A program made the translations under genes and the position numbers. DNA of 64,000 nucleotides from Eledone cirrhosa (lineage: Eukaryota). Each line of letters opens with the position of its first letter. Position 1 is the first letter of the stretch. The DNA is taken from contig OZ024743.1 of the NCBI GenBank assembly GCA_964016885.1, forward strand, positions 218,860,001-218,924,000. The letters run 5' to 3'. Positions 11,251 through 23,494 of the stretch are shown here, piece by piece. Under the pieces are notes generated by a model, which was not told the origin of the DNA, made no database searches, and saw only the letters and a program-made list of their open reading frames with translations.

Positions 11251-12257
11251 AAAAATACAATAGAGTCATGTAAATGATAAAGAATTAAAGAATGTGCCCC
11301 AGCATGGCCACAGTCTAATGACTGAAAATAATAAAGGATGTAAGCTTTAGGAGAGAGGTAAGTGGGAACTGGAGATTTTCATATCTTTTCCAAGAATATT
11401 AAAGATATAATGGAAGTGAAATGGCACCTGATGATAAACATGCTCCAAACTATTAGGACTGCTGGAATTTACAATTAACTAATTTAATAGTGAGCTATCT
11501 GAAACTGCCCCTGGGCCTATGATATAAACCATTTGTTTTAACATTTTTATATTTATCTAAAAAAAAACTCCCATCATAATTTTATATAAGAACCTTCAAG
11601 TTATGCTCCAAATACCAGTTTAATAATGAGTAAGTTAATTAAATTACTAATACTAATTTGCTTCAAGTTTTTGATTATTTTCAAAATTATTTGAAAATCA
11701 TAGGCAGTGTATTTCATTAAGTATACTAGCAGAAGAACCACCCTTCGCGCGGTTTTCTGCTAGTATATATAGTGTGTATATTGATATATGCACATAGATA
11801 TAATACGTAAATTGATAATATGCACATAAACTGAACAAAGACTGTGTTACACTTACTTCTGTAATCAGTAAAGTAATCCATGATACATTTTTAAAAAAAG
11901 ACGATAATGGAGATGGAAAAGTAATGAAACTGTTGACGGAAAATGTTCATGAATCTTCACTTGAGAATGTCGATGGGAAGCTTCAAGCAATGAATTTGAA
12001 AATAGATGCTGCTGGTATGAATGAATGAATTACATTTACCAATATGAAGAGTTGACCTTCGCTATATTGTTGTTTTACTGTATTCACATATAGACTTCTT
12101 AAGTTTTTGTAGTGTCCCTTTTCTAGCAGTTAAAAAGAAACTGAAATGCATTTCAACTTAAAGAGAATGATAGCTGTTTCACATCACTGTAGAATTTCTT
12201 TGTAGACACAGTTGTCAGCAAACAGACCCCCCTTTCATTTAATATTCTTATATTTTC

Positions 12258-13172
12258 AGTACAGACCAGCCTTCGCGCATGCGCACTTCGGACCAGCCTT
12301 CGTCCATGCACAGTACAGACCAGCCTTCATGCATTCGCACTTCGGACCAGACTTCACGCATGCGCAGTATGGACCAGCCTTCGCGCATGCGCAGTATGGA
12401 CCAGCCTATGCACATGCGCACTTCGGACCAGATTTTGTGCAAGTGCACTTCGGACCAAACTTCGCATGTGCAGTATGGACCAGCCTTCGCGCATGCGCAA
12501 TTCGGACCAGCCTTCACGCATGCGCACTTCAGACTAGCCTTCGTGCATGAGCAGTACGGACCAACCTTCGCGCATGCGCACTTCGGACCAGCCTTCGCGC
12601 ATGCGTACTTCGGACCAGACTTCGCGCATGCGCAGTACGGATAGCCTTTGCACATGCGCACTTATGACCAGCCTTCGCTCATGCGCATTTCGGACCAGCC
12701 TTCGCGCATGTGCACTCGGACCACTCTTCGCACATGCACACTTTGGACCAGCCTTCGCGCATGCGCTCTTCGGACCAGCCTTCTCGCATGCGCGGTACGG
12801 ACCAGCCTTCGCCGATGCACACTACGAACCAGCCTTCGCGCATGCGCAGTACAGACCAGTCTTCGCTCATGCGCAGTACAGACCAGCCTTCGCGTATGCG
12901 CACTTCAGACCAGCCTTCGTGCATGCGCACTTCGGACCACTCTTCGTACATGCGCACTTTTGACCAGCCTTCGCACATGCACAGTACGGACCAGCCTTCG
13001 CGCATACGCAGTATCAACCAGCTTTCGTGCATGCGCTTCGGACAAGCCGTCGTGCATGCGCAGTATGGACCAGCCTTTGCACCAGACTTTGCGCATGCAC
13101 ACTTCAGACCAGATTTCGCCCATGCGCACTTAGGTCCAGCCTTCGCACATGTGCACTTCGAACCAGACTTCA
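12258..13172. repeat. 27-bp GC-rich minisatellite (~34 units)
   Basis: Consensus ggaccagccttcgcgcatgcgcacttc, with an alternative ending ...gcgcagtac/gtat. Confidence 0.97.
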
Positions 13173-13484
13173 CCTATCTAATCAATGGACGTACAACAGT
13201 GCTTAATCTAAACTATAATAAAGTAAGAAGCTCAGGACTACGTACGGTTTATAATTTTTATCCCCTTAGTAAAATAAGTTGGATTACTTTGAATAAAAAA
13301 TTAATGAATATTACATAATTTATCTACTAAATTTCGTGGCTGTTCATTAAATATATTTTATTACTTATTTAAAGATTCACTTCTTTAAAATTTTCAAATG
13401 TCAACACTTTTGGTTAGCGATCGTTTAAATAAATATTCATATATTTCTGTCATTAATTTTCTCCTAATGCAGTTTATATATAAT

Positions 13485-13838
13485 ATCGTCTTTTTTTAAT
13501 GTATCATGGATTACGTTACTGATTACATAAAACAGTGTAACACAGTCTTCGTTCAAGTTCTGTGTATATTGTCAATTACGATTTTATTTGATCATATCTA
13601 CATGCATATATACTTGCGTATAATATCAATATACACACTATACATGCTAGCAGATATATAATTTCGTCTTTTTTTAATGTATCATGGATTTCGTTACTGA
13701 TTACAGAAGATAGTGTAACACAGTCTTCGTTCAATTTTTGTGTATATTGTCAATTACGGTTTTATTTGATGTATCATATCTACATGCATATTATACTTGC
13801 GTATAATATCAATGTACACACTACACAAGCTAGCAGAA
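13485..13838. repeat. Tandem duplication, period ~178 bp
   Basis: cgtctttttttaatgtatcatggatt occurs at 13487 and 13665. Confidence 0.9.
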
Positions 13839-15074
13839 AACCACCCGATAGTGTGGTTTTTCTGCTAATTATATTAAATGAGTTTTTAAAAAAAAGAGTT
13901 AATAAATAAATAAAACGTTATACTTGTTTTACCCTCCCATTTCCAATTAAATCGAATGCTATCATGACTGTATTTGTGTGTGTTAATGTATGTATGTTTG
14001 TGTGAAAGTATGTGTGAATGTATGTGTATTTGTGTGAATTATGTCCGTGAGTGTATTTTTATAAGTTTGTGTTTGCGTGATTATAGTTATATACTCATAA
14101 TAGTTATATACTCATACATATAGATGTATGTATGTGCACACTCATACGCGTCAGTGTGTAGAAAATCATTATCTCTCTCATCAGACACTCTCTCTTTCTA
14201 TAGATATATGGTAGTTGAAGTGGTGGTGGTGGCGACGATATACCGGAGGTGCAACTTTGAAAAGAAGTCAATTTTAGATTATTTTTACGAAATTATTTGT
14301 TTATTTAGCACATAAATTATGTAATATTCATTCATTATTTATTCAAAGTAATCCAACTTATTTTACTAACTGGATTAAAAGAAATAAACCGTATGCAGTC
14401 CTTGCTTTATTATAGTTTAGATGGCCCTGAAAGAGTTAGAGAAATAAAATAACTAATCAACAGATACATTTGAAAATATTTTACATCTGTTCTAATTATA
14501 ACTCATCAAAAATGTTATTGTAAAAAAAATGCAAATGTCTTTTGTGGTTATGAAAATGGAAAAGGCAAGGGCTCTAGTGTCCCAGAAGAATGGAAGGAGG
14601 AGCGGCAGTGGTATTGAGCCTGTGCTCCATGGACAAGATCACAAAAGCATTCTTGCGGACAATGGCCAGCGACACCAGCTGCAACAGCCACTTCACCTCA
14701 TGGGGCTCCCTCATCAGACGGGCTGCTAACATTCTAATGATTTAGAAGAATAGGAAGAGACTTTATCTTAGACTGTTCTAACCCTTTTAGCCGTTTCTAA
14801 CAACACACAGGGACACAATGTTTCTAAACCAGATACACACAGCAGAACATACAGAGATGTTACTAAATACTATTAAGTGTTTAGTTAATCACTACTTTTC
14901 CATTTACCAATAGTTCTTCCAAATTAAATAGTATATGTATGTATGGTCCCATAACTCCTGATAGAGGTGTAGGGGTGCTGTATTGACATACACTGTTTCT
15001 TGGGCATTTTTTAAAGCCTGGTGGAGCCCATCCCTCTACAGGCCAGAGTACAGAAGATTTCTTCCAGAGAGAGG

Positions 15075-15237
15075 AAGAATCGACCCCAAGACTAGACTGG
15101 TGCTTTTTTTATCGACCTCGAAAGGATGAAAGGCAAAGTTGACCTCAGCGGGATTTGAACTCAGAGAGCAGAAAGCCGGAATGAATACCATAAAGCATTC
15201 TATCCAACATTCTAACGACTCTGCCAATTCACCGCCT
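15075..15237 (-). mobile_element. tRNA-derived SINE
   Basis: The plus strand shows ttatcgacctcgaaaggatgaaaggcaaagttgacctcagcgggatttgaactcag...ctgccaattcaccgcc. Confidence 0.85.
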
Positions 15238-15339
15238 TTAAATACTATATAACATATGCAATATAAAGTCAATATTTGTATATTAAAATCCACAATTATA
15301 CAGTAACAAAAGAGCCTGTCGTTGCTAGACACACCTGAA

Positions 15340-15494
15340 CTTTGCTATTTTAGGGGAGAGTAAGATTTAAACTATATGCTGAAATGCTCCAGGAGCTAAA
15401 TCTATGTATCAAATTTGAATGAAATCGGATGGAGACCATGGAAATGCATAGACTGCATACAGACAGACAGACATTTTCGTTTTTATATATATAG
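15340..15494 (-). mobile_element. Helitron-like (Lep1/DINE-type) 5' fragment
   Basis: caaatttgaatgaaatcggatgg...(acag)n...ttatatatataga, which on the minus strand is TC-TATATA followed by (ctgt)n. Confidence 0.5.
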
Positions 15495-16215
15495 ACTAGC
15501 AGAAAACCACCCACCGGCTGGTTTTCTGCTAGTATATATATTACACACACAGAAATGTATATATATTTCTGTGTGTATATATATATATATTACACACACA
15601 GAAATGTATATATATTTCTGTGTGTATATATATATATTACACACACAGAAATGTATATATATTTCTGTGTGTGTATATATATATATATTACACACACAGA
15701 AATGTATATATATTTCTGTGTGTATATATATATATATTACACACACAGAAATGTATATATATTTCTGTGTGTATATATATATATTACACACACAGAAATG
15801 TATATATATTTCTGTGTGTGTATATATATATATATTACACACACAGAAATGTATATATATTTCTGTGTGTATATATATATATTTCTGTGTGTGTATATAT
15901 ATATATATTACACACACACAGAAATGTATATATGTTTCTGTAGCACTCCCGCTATCCCCCTCTTGTAGTCTGTCTCTTTCTTTCACTCTCACTCTCTATC
16001 TACCCATGCGCAAAAAACATTCACACGCGCGCACGTGTTTTAGCTTCCATTCACTCTCTCTCTCTCCCTCTCTCTCTCCCGCTATCCCCCTCTTGTAGTC
16101 TTCTCTTTCTTTCACTCTCACTCTCTCTCTACGCATGCGCAAAAAACATTCGCATGTGCGCACGTGTTTCCACTGTCGGACAGACAGACAGAGAAATTGC
16201 TGGTTATATATTATA
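15495..16215 (-). mobile_element. Non-autonomous Helitron-like element containing a minisatellite
   Basis: Hairpin actagcagaaaacc...ggttttctgctagt at the left end and cggacagacagacagagaaattgctggttatata at the right end. The right end is shared with 17170-17224. Confidence 0.55.
15538..15940. repeat. ~47-51-bp palindromic minisatellite (~8 units)
   Basis: Unit tattacacacacagaaatgtatatatatttctgtgtgt(at)n, with variable (AT) and (GT) lengths. Confidence 0.95.
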
Positions 16216-17054
16216 AGGAGATTACATATACATATGTAACTATGTATATCATCATCATCATCCCCATTATATATATATATAATATGGGACGAAGCCGAAA
16301 AAAATTTTGTTTGGCAGCTCTAATTGCACCTTAATTTTATTCAAAAAATTGTATACTAACATATTCGAATACCAGGCACTATTGGAATCAACAATAGCAG
16401 CGTCCTGAGGGTCATTACAAAATACAAATTCGCGAGAATTAGTGTTTAAGGCTTGGAAGGTGGTAAAAAAATCCACAAAATCTTCCATTCGTTTTTAAAA
16501 AAAATTTATTTTTAATAATATTTAAATAACTGGCGATTAGAAAAAAATATTCCTATGAAATTTTAATCAAACCATTAGGTGTGAATAAGGAAATATTTTT
16601 TTATTGTCAAAACAAATGTTCAAAAGTTAAACTTCAATTTTTTGAATTATTTCCAATTTTTTCATGAAATTGAACACTGGACATTGGCTGCTGGAAATGG
16701 AAATTAAATCGTATTTAATTGTATTTAAATTTCTAACCTTATTTTATTATTTATATTTTTTCAATAAGAAATTAAAAAAAACAACAAAAAAATTTGAAGA
16801 AAAAAATTGAACAAATCAAACGTAGGTTATGGAACTGCGCAATCTGATTAATAAATTACCTCATCAGCAGCAACCTTCTTCAAATGGTCCTTATTATCAG
16901 CAGCAACAACCACAAATTCAATGGCAACCTTCTTTGCATGGTGTCAAGTCAGAACCGCCTCGAACTGGTTACTTCTGGCTTGTGCAAGGTGTCTCTATAG
17001 CAACCAGCGATTCCCTCGGCCTCAGTGACCAAAGTCAGTGGAGAGGGGAAGGTA

Positions 17055-17224
17055 ATGTTTCTGTAGCACGTGTTTTAGCGTCTATTCACTCTCTCTCTCT
17101 CTCCCTCTCGCTATCCCCCTCTCGTAGTCTGTCTCTTTCTTTCACTCTCACTCTCTCTCTACGCACGTGTTTCCACTGTCGGACAGACAGACAGAGAAAT
17201 TGCTGGTTATATATATAAGTAGAT
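17055..17224 (-). mobile_element. Second copy of the Helitron-like 5' end
   Basis: Near-identical to 15932-16212. It ends ...ttatatatataagtagat (minus strand a|TCTACTTATATA). Confidence 0.6.
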
Positions 17225-17844
17225 GTCTTAAGCCTTACACATAATTACCACCAAACACTTTTCAGATGTGAGTATTGTTACAATAGAAAGAAATTGTTAT
17301 TCTGACCAATTTCTCCATATTCGCTTACTCAGCAAATAAATTTCCCAAAAGATTTTATATATAATTTAATTATCCTTCTATTCATCAATATTGCTTATAA
17401 ATTAGACAGCCAATAATATATAAAACATAATCCAATGAAATCCACTAGAAACTTATGGGAATATCCACTACCAACAGCAAATTTCTATGCAATCAACATT
17501 TTCTTATAATGATTGGTAAGCCTAACCTAATCTATTGCCTGCTTTATGGGAATATCAAGTACCTATAACAAATATATTTTACATTCACTACACTTTCTCA
17601 TAATAGTTGGTAAAACCCAATAAATCACCCAGTTAAACATCACCATGTAGTCCTTGCACTTACATCACTGGAGCCAGGTCTTCAATCTGAGGATAGTTGC
17701 TCCATTCCTTCTGCTCGTCTTAAAGGCCCTTTTGAATGAACTATAAAAGTAGTATAACATATGATAAATAAGTATAGAAAAGGTAAAAAAAAATAACGAA
17801 GCAAATGACACAGTACAATGAAGAAATATATTAGTTTTATGCTT

Positions 17845-17892
17845 GAAAAGAGTCTTGACGTTTCAGACGTTAGTCCTTCATCAGAAAATAGA
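17845..17892 (-). ncRNA. Putative minimal type-I hammerhead ribozyme (Penelope-type), probably decayed
   Basis: Minus strand tttt-CTGATGA-a-ggac-taac-gtct-GAAA-c-GTC-aaga shows core boxes, a 4-bp stem II, palindromic ACGT and a GUC site. Stem I is weak. Confidence 0.5.
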
Positions 17893-18195
17893 ATGAGAAA
17901 TTAAAGAAGAAATAGAAAGATAGAGGAGGGTGAAGAGTGGAAGAAATGAAATGAGATTTCTTTGGGAAAAAGCACGTCTATTCAAGTTGCCATCACTTGG
18001 AAAACTATTGAATTTGGCGTTGGTATAAGTTCAGTTCATTGGATTCCTACGTTGGATTTTTACCCGGACTCTACCTAAACTTCCACCTGGATATCTTTTC
18101 GGATCACTAGATTTTTTCATTGCTTTGTAATAAGTAATATCTATATACATTTGCCCTTATAACTGCTTCATATAAGTCAGATAATGTTAAGCTAA

Positions 18196-18304
18196 CTACC
18201 ATATATACTTGAATATAAGTCAACTCAAATGTAAGTCCACCCCCAATTTACCATCAATTTTTTTGGTTACATATTCCTCTGCTAATATTAGAGTATATAC
18301 AGTA
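18196..18304. mobile_element. Tc1/pogo-like MITE (related copies at ~19966-20186 and ~30425-30628)
   Basis: TIR-like ends taccatatatacttga / tagagtatatacagta. The internal sequence is shared with 30425-30628. Confidence 0.55.
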
Positions 18305-18411
18305 GTTGTTGTTTCTATCGTAAATATTTTAGAATAGTTTTATACACAAAGAATTTTTTTATTTCCACTTCTGATTATGTTAAGAATAGTTTGGTCAGTA
18401 GACTGTCTTAA

Positions 18412-18599
18412 CCCTTTAGCATTTACATTACTCTATATTTCCTATTGCATTTTACAGTAAAGGCTTTACCTCACATAATTATCTCACATAATATTGAATC
18501 TATGAGATTTTGACATTATTTACTTTGAGAACAATACCTTAACATCAGTAAGAGGTGGTAAAATTCTAGCCGGATACGGCCAGTTTAAATGCTAAACAG
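18412..18599 (+). mobile_element. piggyBac-type MITE
   Basis: TTAA on both sides, with TIRs ccctttagcattta / taaatgctaaacag. Confidence 0.8.
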
Positions 18600-19104
18600 T
18601 TAAAATATGCAGCTACCTATAAAAGTCTATGAAATATTTATCTTCTAATAGATTAAGTTAACTACTTCCTACTCTTAGATAGTTTGGCATATTTCTACCT
18701 AATTGTCATCTTGCATAAGCTTCATATGTCTGTATCAGTACAATTTTCTCTTTTGTGAACTTCATCTGATTTCTTTCAAATCACTTGTGCTTTGTCTGTC
18801 TTTCATATTAACATTACACATTCACCAGAGCACACTCACTCAATTTCTTTCCAGCTTTCACAAATCCTCTGCACTCTACACTCATATTTCACTTTCATGT
18901 AATATCTTATTCATACACAAGCTATATACAATCTGACTTTCATTCACTGGCACTTCTTCACCCAATGATCATCAGCGATATTCATCACATACCCATACTA
19001 GCACAGTCTTCGCTTTCACACTGCTTCCAGCTCACCCATGCTTCTCCATTCAGGCACATTGAAATTCATATCCAATGGAGTATGTTCACTTCATTTCTTT
19101 TCAC

Positions 19105-19407
19105 CCTTTGCAACCTCACACTTCACATGAAAGCATCTTACAGTCTACCTTTGCATATGACCATGTAATCTCTTATTTCACATGCAAGCATCATACAGCC
19201 TATTTTTTGCCTATGACCATGCAACCTAACACTTCATATGCAGGTATCATAGTCTACCCTTTGCATATGACCATGCAATCCCTCACTTCACATGCAGGCA
19301 TTGTACATTCTACTCTTCATTCAGAAAGAAAATTCCTTCTGCTGTCAATAGAGATAGTAGTTCTCAGAACTTTTCTGGGCCTGTTTTTATTCTAGTTACT
19401 ATGATTT
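19105..19407. repeat. Dispersed repeat with ~4 internal ~55-bp tandem units; inverted homolog at 23808-23920
   Basis: Unit caacctcacacttcacatg(c)aagcatc..agtctacctttgcatatgaccatg. 19320-19405 reverse-complements 23810-23890. Confidence 0.75.
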
Positions 19408-19494
19408 CAGAGTAACCCCTCCAATGCTAATTAGATTACCTAAGTAACAGAAACTAGCAACAACTTCTATTGTCTAAAGTCTAAAGTATGTCTT

Positions 19495-19760
19495 AAGCCA
19501 GAAGGTTCGTTAGGCCAGTGCTTATTCTGATTTCATAGCGTGGAGCGACTGAGAGTACAAAACTCCCCTCTGGATAGGACGCCAGTCCATCGCAAGATTA
19601 AATCCCCTGTTATTATTGGTACTCATTTTCAGCTGAGTGTACTGGAGCAATATAAAATGAAGTATTTTGCTCAAGAACACAACATGCAATCCAGCCCAGG
19701 AATCGAACCCACAACATTATGATTGTAAGTCCAACACCCTTACCACAAGTCCACATGCCT
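19495..19760 (-). mobile_element. tRNA-derived SINE of a second family (CORE/V-like)
   Basis: Minus strand gtggacttgtggtaaagg...GGGTTCGATTCC...cttgagcaaaatactt...cactcagctgaaaatgagtacc...gcgatggactggcgtcctatccag. Confidence 0.75.
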
Positions 19761-20254
19761 CCACACTTCCATAGCTCCATCCTGAAATTGGAAACAGTAT
19801 ATTTCACTGGTACTCTTACTACCAACTATTCCTGTGCTTCTGTCATTGCCACAAAGTTATCTTTTCTGTTAGCCTGCCTAAAATATTATTGTGTAACCAT
19901 ATTTTACATTGTGTACATCATATAGAGTTCCTTCCAACTCCTTTGCTACATACCAAGTTTGACCACTTCCCATATACTCTCAAATATAAAAATATAAGAT
20001 TAGGAAAATGTGACCAAAAAATCAATGGTAGAAGAGGCTTGACTTATATTTAGGGTCAATATTTTTACGATTTTCACCAACTTCAAATTCTATATAAATA
20101 AGGTTGGGATTTTTGCACATTTCTCAGACATAAAATAGTGGTGTCAGCTTATATTTGCATCAGCTTATATTTGAGTATACACAGTATATTCATGCCTTAA
20201 GTATATATTCTTCAGAGAACATCTGTGGTGCATTTTATCATTCTAATTAATTAT

Positions 20255-20700
20255 ACTAACACTCTGTCTGTTATGTTCATAACATGATCCATCAGTTTTA
20301 TGTCTTTGTAGTTGCTGATGTTTAGATCATCAAATTTTCCATTATAACAATCATTATAGAACTACACCAGTTATTGGATATAACACCATCATATATTTAT
20401 TGATTGGCTATGCTCAGCTCAGCACTTACTTCTCCAGATGATTTCAGTATCTCAGTGATTATCTCTGATGGTCCAATAACTTTACCATTTTTCATCTCCA
20501 TGTCTGCTTCTTTGACTCTATAACTGCCAACTTTGATAGCTGGTCCTCTGTTGAGTTTTCTGGGACTAGATCCACATCCATCCACTCATGTTCAACATTT
20601 ATCAACCTCTCATAATAATATTTCTAGGTCTCTTTCTACTGAACATCACTGAGGCTAAGTGTGCCAGTGTCATTCTGAACATACTTCTCCCAGATGACAT
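20255..20700 (-). mobile_element. Decayed RTE LINE fragment (region upstream of RT and RT start)
   Basis: MKNGKVIGPSEIITEILK and YNGKFDDLNISNYKDIKLMDHVMNITDRV. Confidence 0.75.
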
Positions 20701-20704
20701 CATG

Positions 20705-20707
<3 letters not shown>

Positions 20708-20766
<59 letters not shown>

Positions 20767-20771
20767 TGACT

Positions 20772-20837
<66 letters not shown>

Positions 20838-20843
20838 ACACAC
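20708..20843. repeat. (CA)n microsatellite
   Basis: Directly visible. Confidence 0.97.
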
Positions 20844-20879
20844 ATCTTTGAAATGTGGAACATCTCATGCTGGCAAGAC

Positions 20880-21295
20880 AATAAATTTCACATTTGCTCT
20901 TACTGATTACTTCTGTGCATCTGCTTCATATAAAATCTAACTTCTCCATTAACTTGCCTGCAATCAAACTACATCTCTTGTGCATCCATTGATTATACTG
21001 TGTGCACTTTATGGAGTTTCTGCTCACCCCTTTTCAACATATCATGCAAGGCCACTTCCCTAATGATATCAGCTTCCTGTCCTCCTCCCTACTAATTAAA
21101 ACTTTAGTCTTTACTAAGTTTATTTTTAGGCCTTTCAATTCTAAGTTTTTCTTCCGTGCCTGGAATTTTGCTGCTAACTCTGCCATGGATTTAGCTATAA
21201 GGACTAGTTCATTAGCATACAGGATTTCCCATGGCATGCCGGTTTTAAACTCCTCCATAATTGGCTTGAAGAACAATAATAAGCAGAGCCAGACA
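20880..21295 (-). mobile_element. Decayed RTE LINE fragment (YADD region and PHD-like finger)
   Basis: EEFKTGMPWEILYANELVLIA...GLKINLVKTKVL...GKWPCMIC. Confidence 0.85.
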
Positions 21296-21617
21296 AAGGA
21301 TTTATATATATATATATATATATATATAGTAATAATAATAAATATGAAGACTAAAATCCAAAGAGGGCTCGATAAGGATAAATATATTGTTTCAGAAGAT
21401 CCCGTTAAGGATGAAAGCAGCGATTCTTTGCTTAAACTTTAATCTGTTATTTTAATAAATATATATGTGTGAGTGTGTGTGTTTTATATTGAATAATGAT
21501 AATAATATTCAATTCATTTGCAAGCAAACAACCTCATTATGCTATGTTTTAGATAACCACTGCCATCCTTTTGAGACTGTTCGCTTGCAAACTAATCGAA
21601 TATTATTATTATTATTT

Positions 21618-21805
21618 GGGTGGTGGATTGGCAGTATTGGTAGAGGGTCGGACGCCATGCTTTGACGCATAGAGTTACGGCCCTTTACGGTCTGAGATCA
21701 AATCCCGCCGAGGTTAACTTTGCCTTTCATCCTTACAGGGTCGATAAAATAAAGTACCAGTTATACACTGGGATAATTGCTGGCCTTGTGCCAAAAGTAG
21801 AAACA
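21618..21805 (+). mobile_element. tRNA-derived SINE (short subfamily)
   Basis: Homologous to 926-1108. Confidence 0.9.
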
Positions 21806-21822
21806 ATTATTATTATTTGATA

Positions 21823-22040
21823 AGGGCGGTGGAGTGGCAGTATCGGTAGAGGGTCAGACGCTATAATTTGCAGCATAGAGTTACGTCCCTTTATGATCTG
21901 AGTTCAAATCCCGCCGAGGTTAACTTTGCCTTTCATCCTTACGGGGTCGATAAAATAAAGAACCAGTCACGCACTGGGATCGATTTAATTGACTTTCCCC
22001 TCCCCCAAAATTGCTGGCCTTGTGCCTATATAAGAAACAA
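21823..22040 (+). mobile_element. tRNA-derived SINE (long subfamily), tandem with the previous copy
   Basis: A and B boxes are intact, and it carries the extra segment cgatttaattgactttcccctcccccaa. Confidence 0.9.
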
Positions 22041-22927
22041 TTATTATTATTTGATATAAAACTTTCAAATACATTTATGTATCCAGCTATGTGAAAGTGA
22101 GAAACCCAATTCTAATTATATATATAATTAGAGTGAAATAACCCACTATTATTTTTGGTAAGGTGTGTAAAGCTCAATACATTATTAGAGTTGACAGCAT
22201 GCAGGTAGCATGTTGAATCAAAGGTATACTCCTGTGGGTTAGGATACTTGCAGTCGCTCATGTGTATGCATAATTTAAAATATTATAATTCTCAATGCAG
22301 TCAGTTATTTCTAATCAGCAATTTTTTTCTCTCTCAATTGCAACATTACTAGTGCACAACTTCACCTCTACTGCTTATACTAATAGATATAAATCACTTT
22401 CTCAATATTTTTTATATTTGTTCTCTTCACCTTTTGTAAGCTTGCTTATAACTTTGTATATTTTTTACCTATATTCTTGTTGATGTTCTAAGTAACCAAT
22501 TCCTCCATCTACTGTGTCTCCTGACAAAATGTAGATTTGTGTTGGAAAACCATTTAAATTATTAATTGTAACTGTTGGATTGATTGATTATATGTACTGG
22601 CACTGCACTTATCTCTATAGAAACTGTTTTGAGAAGCAAAGTGACCTATCTTTGCATCTCCACTCTTGTCCGGACTGAATCTCCCTTCATGATGCTCACT
22701 TGCTTCATGTCTGGCCAGAGAACATAGCAAAACTCACACACTCATGTGCACAAGTCAAACCATGCATTCATACTTGATCATGGCTCAGAGAACAAGGGAG
22801 AGACACGCCCTGCACTTCCGACATGATGTCACTGGCCCACACTTCCGGCTCCTTAGCCCCACAAAAACAATTGTTGAGATTGAGGATGAATTCGGAATGG
22901 CAAACTTTGGTTTTCATTTTGTATTAA

Positions 22928-22974
<47 letters not shown>

Positions 22975-23494
22975 GGAAGGCTTAAGGTAGGGAGGGCTTA
23001 CCAGTTGAATCTGTTGCCCACAAATTCCCTAGTGCTGGTGTCAAAATAAAATGAACCCAATACACACTGAAAAGTGATTGATGTTAGAAAAGGCTTCCAG
23101 TCATAGAATCCATGCCTAAAACGGTTATAAGGACCCTTTGATCATGAGACAGCAACTTCTCTAGTACTGGTGCCACAAAAAAATTCACTCAGTACATATT
23201 GTAGGGTGGTTAGTGCTTAGAAAGGCATCTAACTGTAGAAATCATTAAAAAAAAAGTTGAGGGGAGATTTCAGTTGTGTAAAGAGAATGACAATCTCTCT
23301 AGTGTTGGTGACATGATAAAATGCAGGAACATCTGTAAGAGAGATGCAGCCCCCTGCTTGTTTGTGTGTGTGTATAAGGCAGTTGTGCCAGTGCCACAAC
23401 AAAAAAGAACTCAAACTACCCTGTAAGGAGGTAGTGATGGTGCCATAAGAATGTTTCCCAGTACTCACTTTAGAAAACGAAGCCAAAACACAGA

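Larger units (their letters stand above)
11723..13867. mobile_element. Fold-back element with ~180-bp inverted arms and palindromic CTAG-ended (Helitron-like) termini
   Basis: 11765-11905 is the approximate reverse complement of 13660-13835 and of 13485-13655. Both ends carry ctagcagaa(g/a)aacc...ggttttctgcta. Confidence 0.65.

Noticed and set aside
12212-13318. Overlapping ORFs with 9-aa repeats (AFAHAHFGP, MRTSDQPSR)
   Set aside because: A by-product of a 27-bp stop-poor unit. Frames are open on both strands and are broken by indels.
14529-14729. GC-richer 66-aa ORF
   Set aside because: I recognise no homology and see no convincing splice sites.
15415-16098. 227-aa ORF and overlapping ORFs
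   Set aside because: These are translations of an AT/GT minisatellite.
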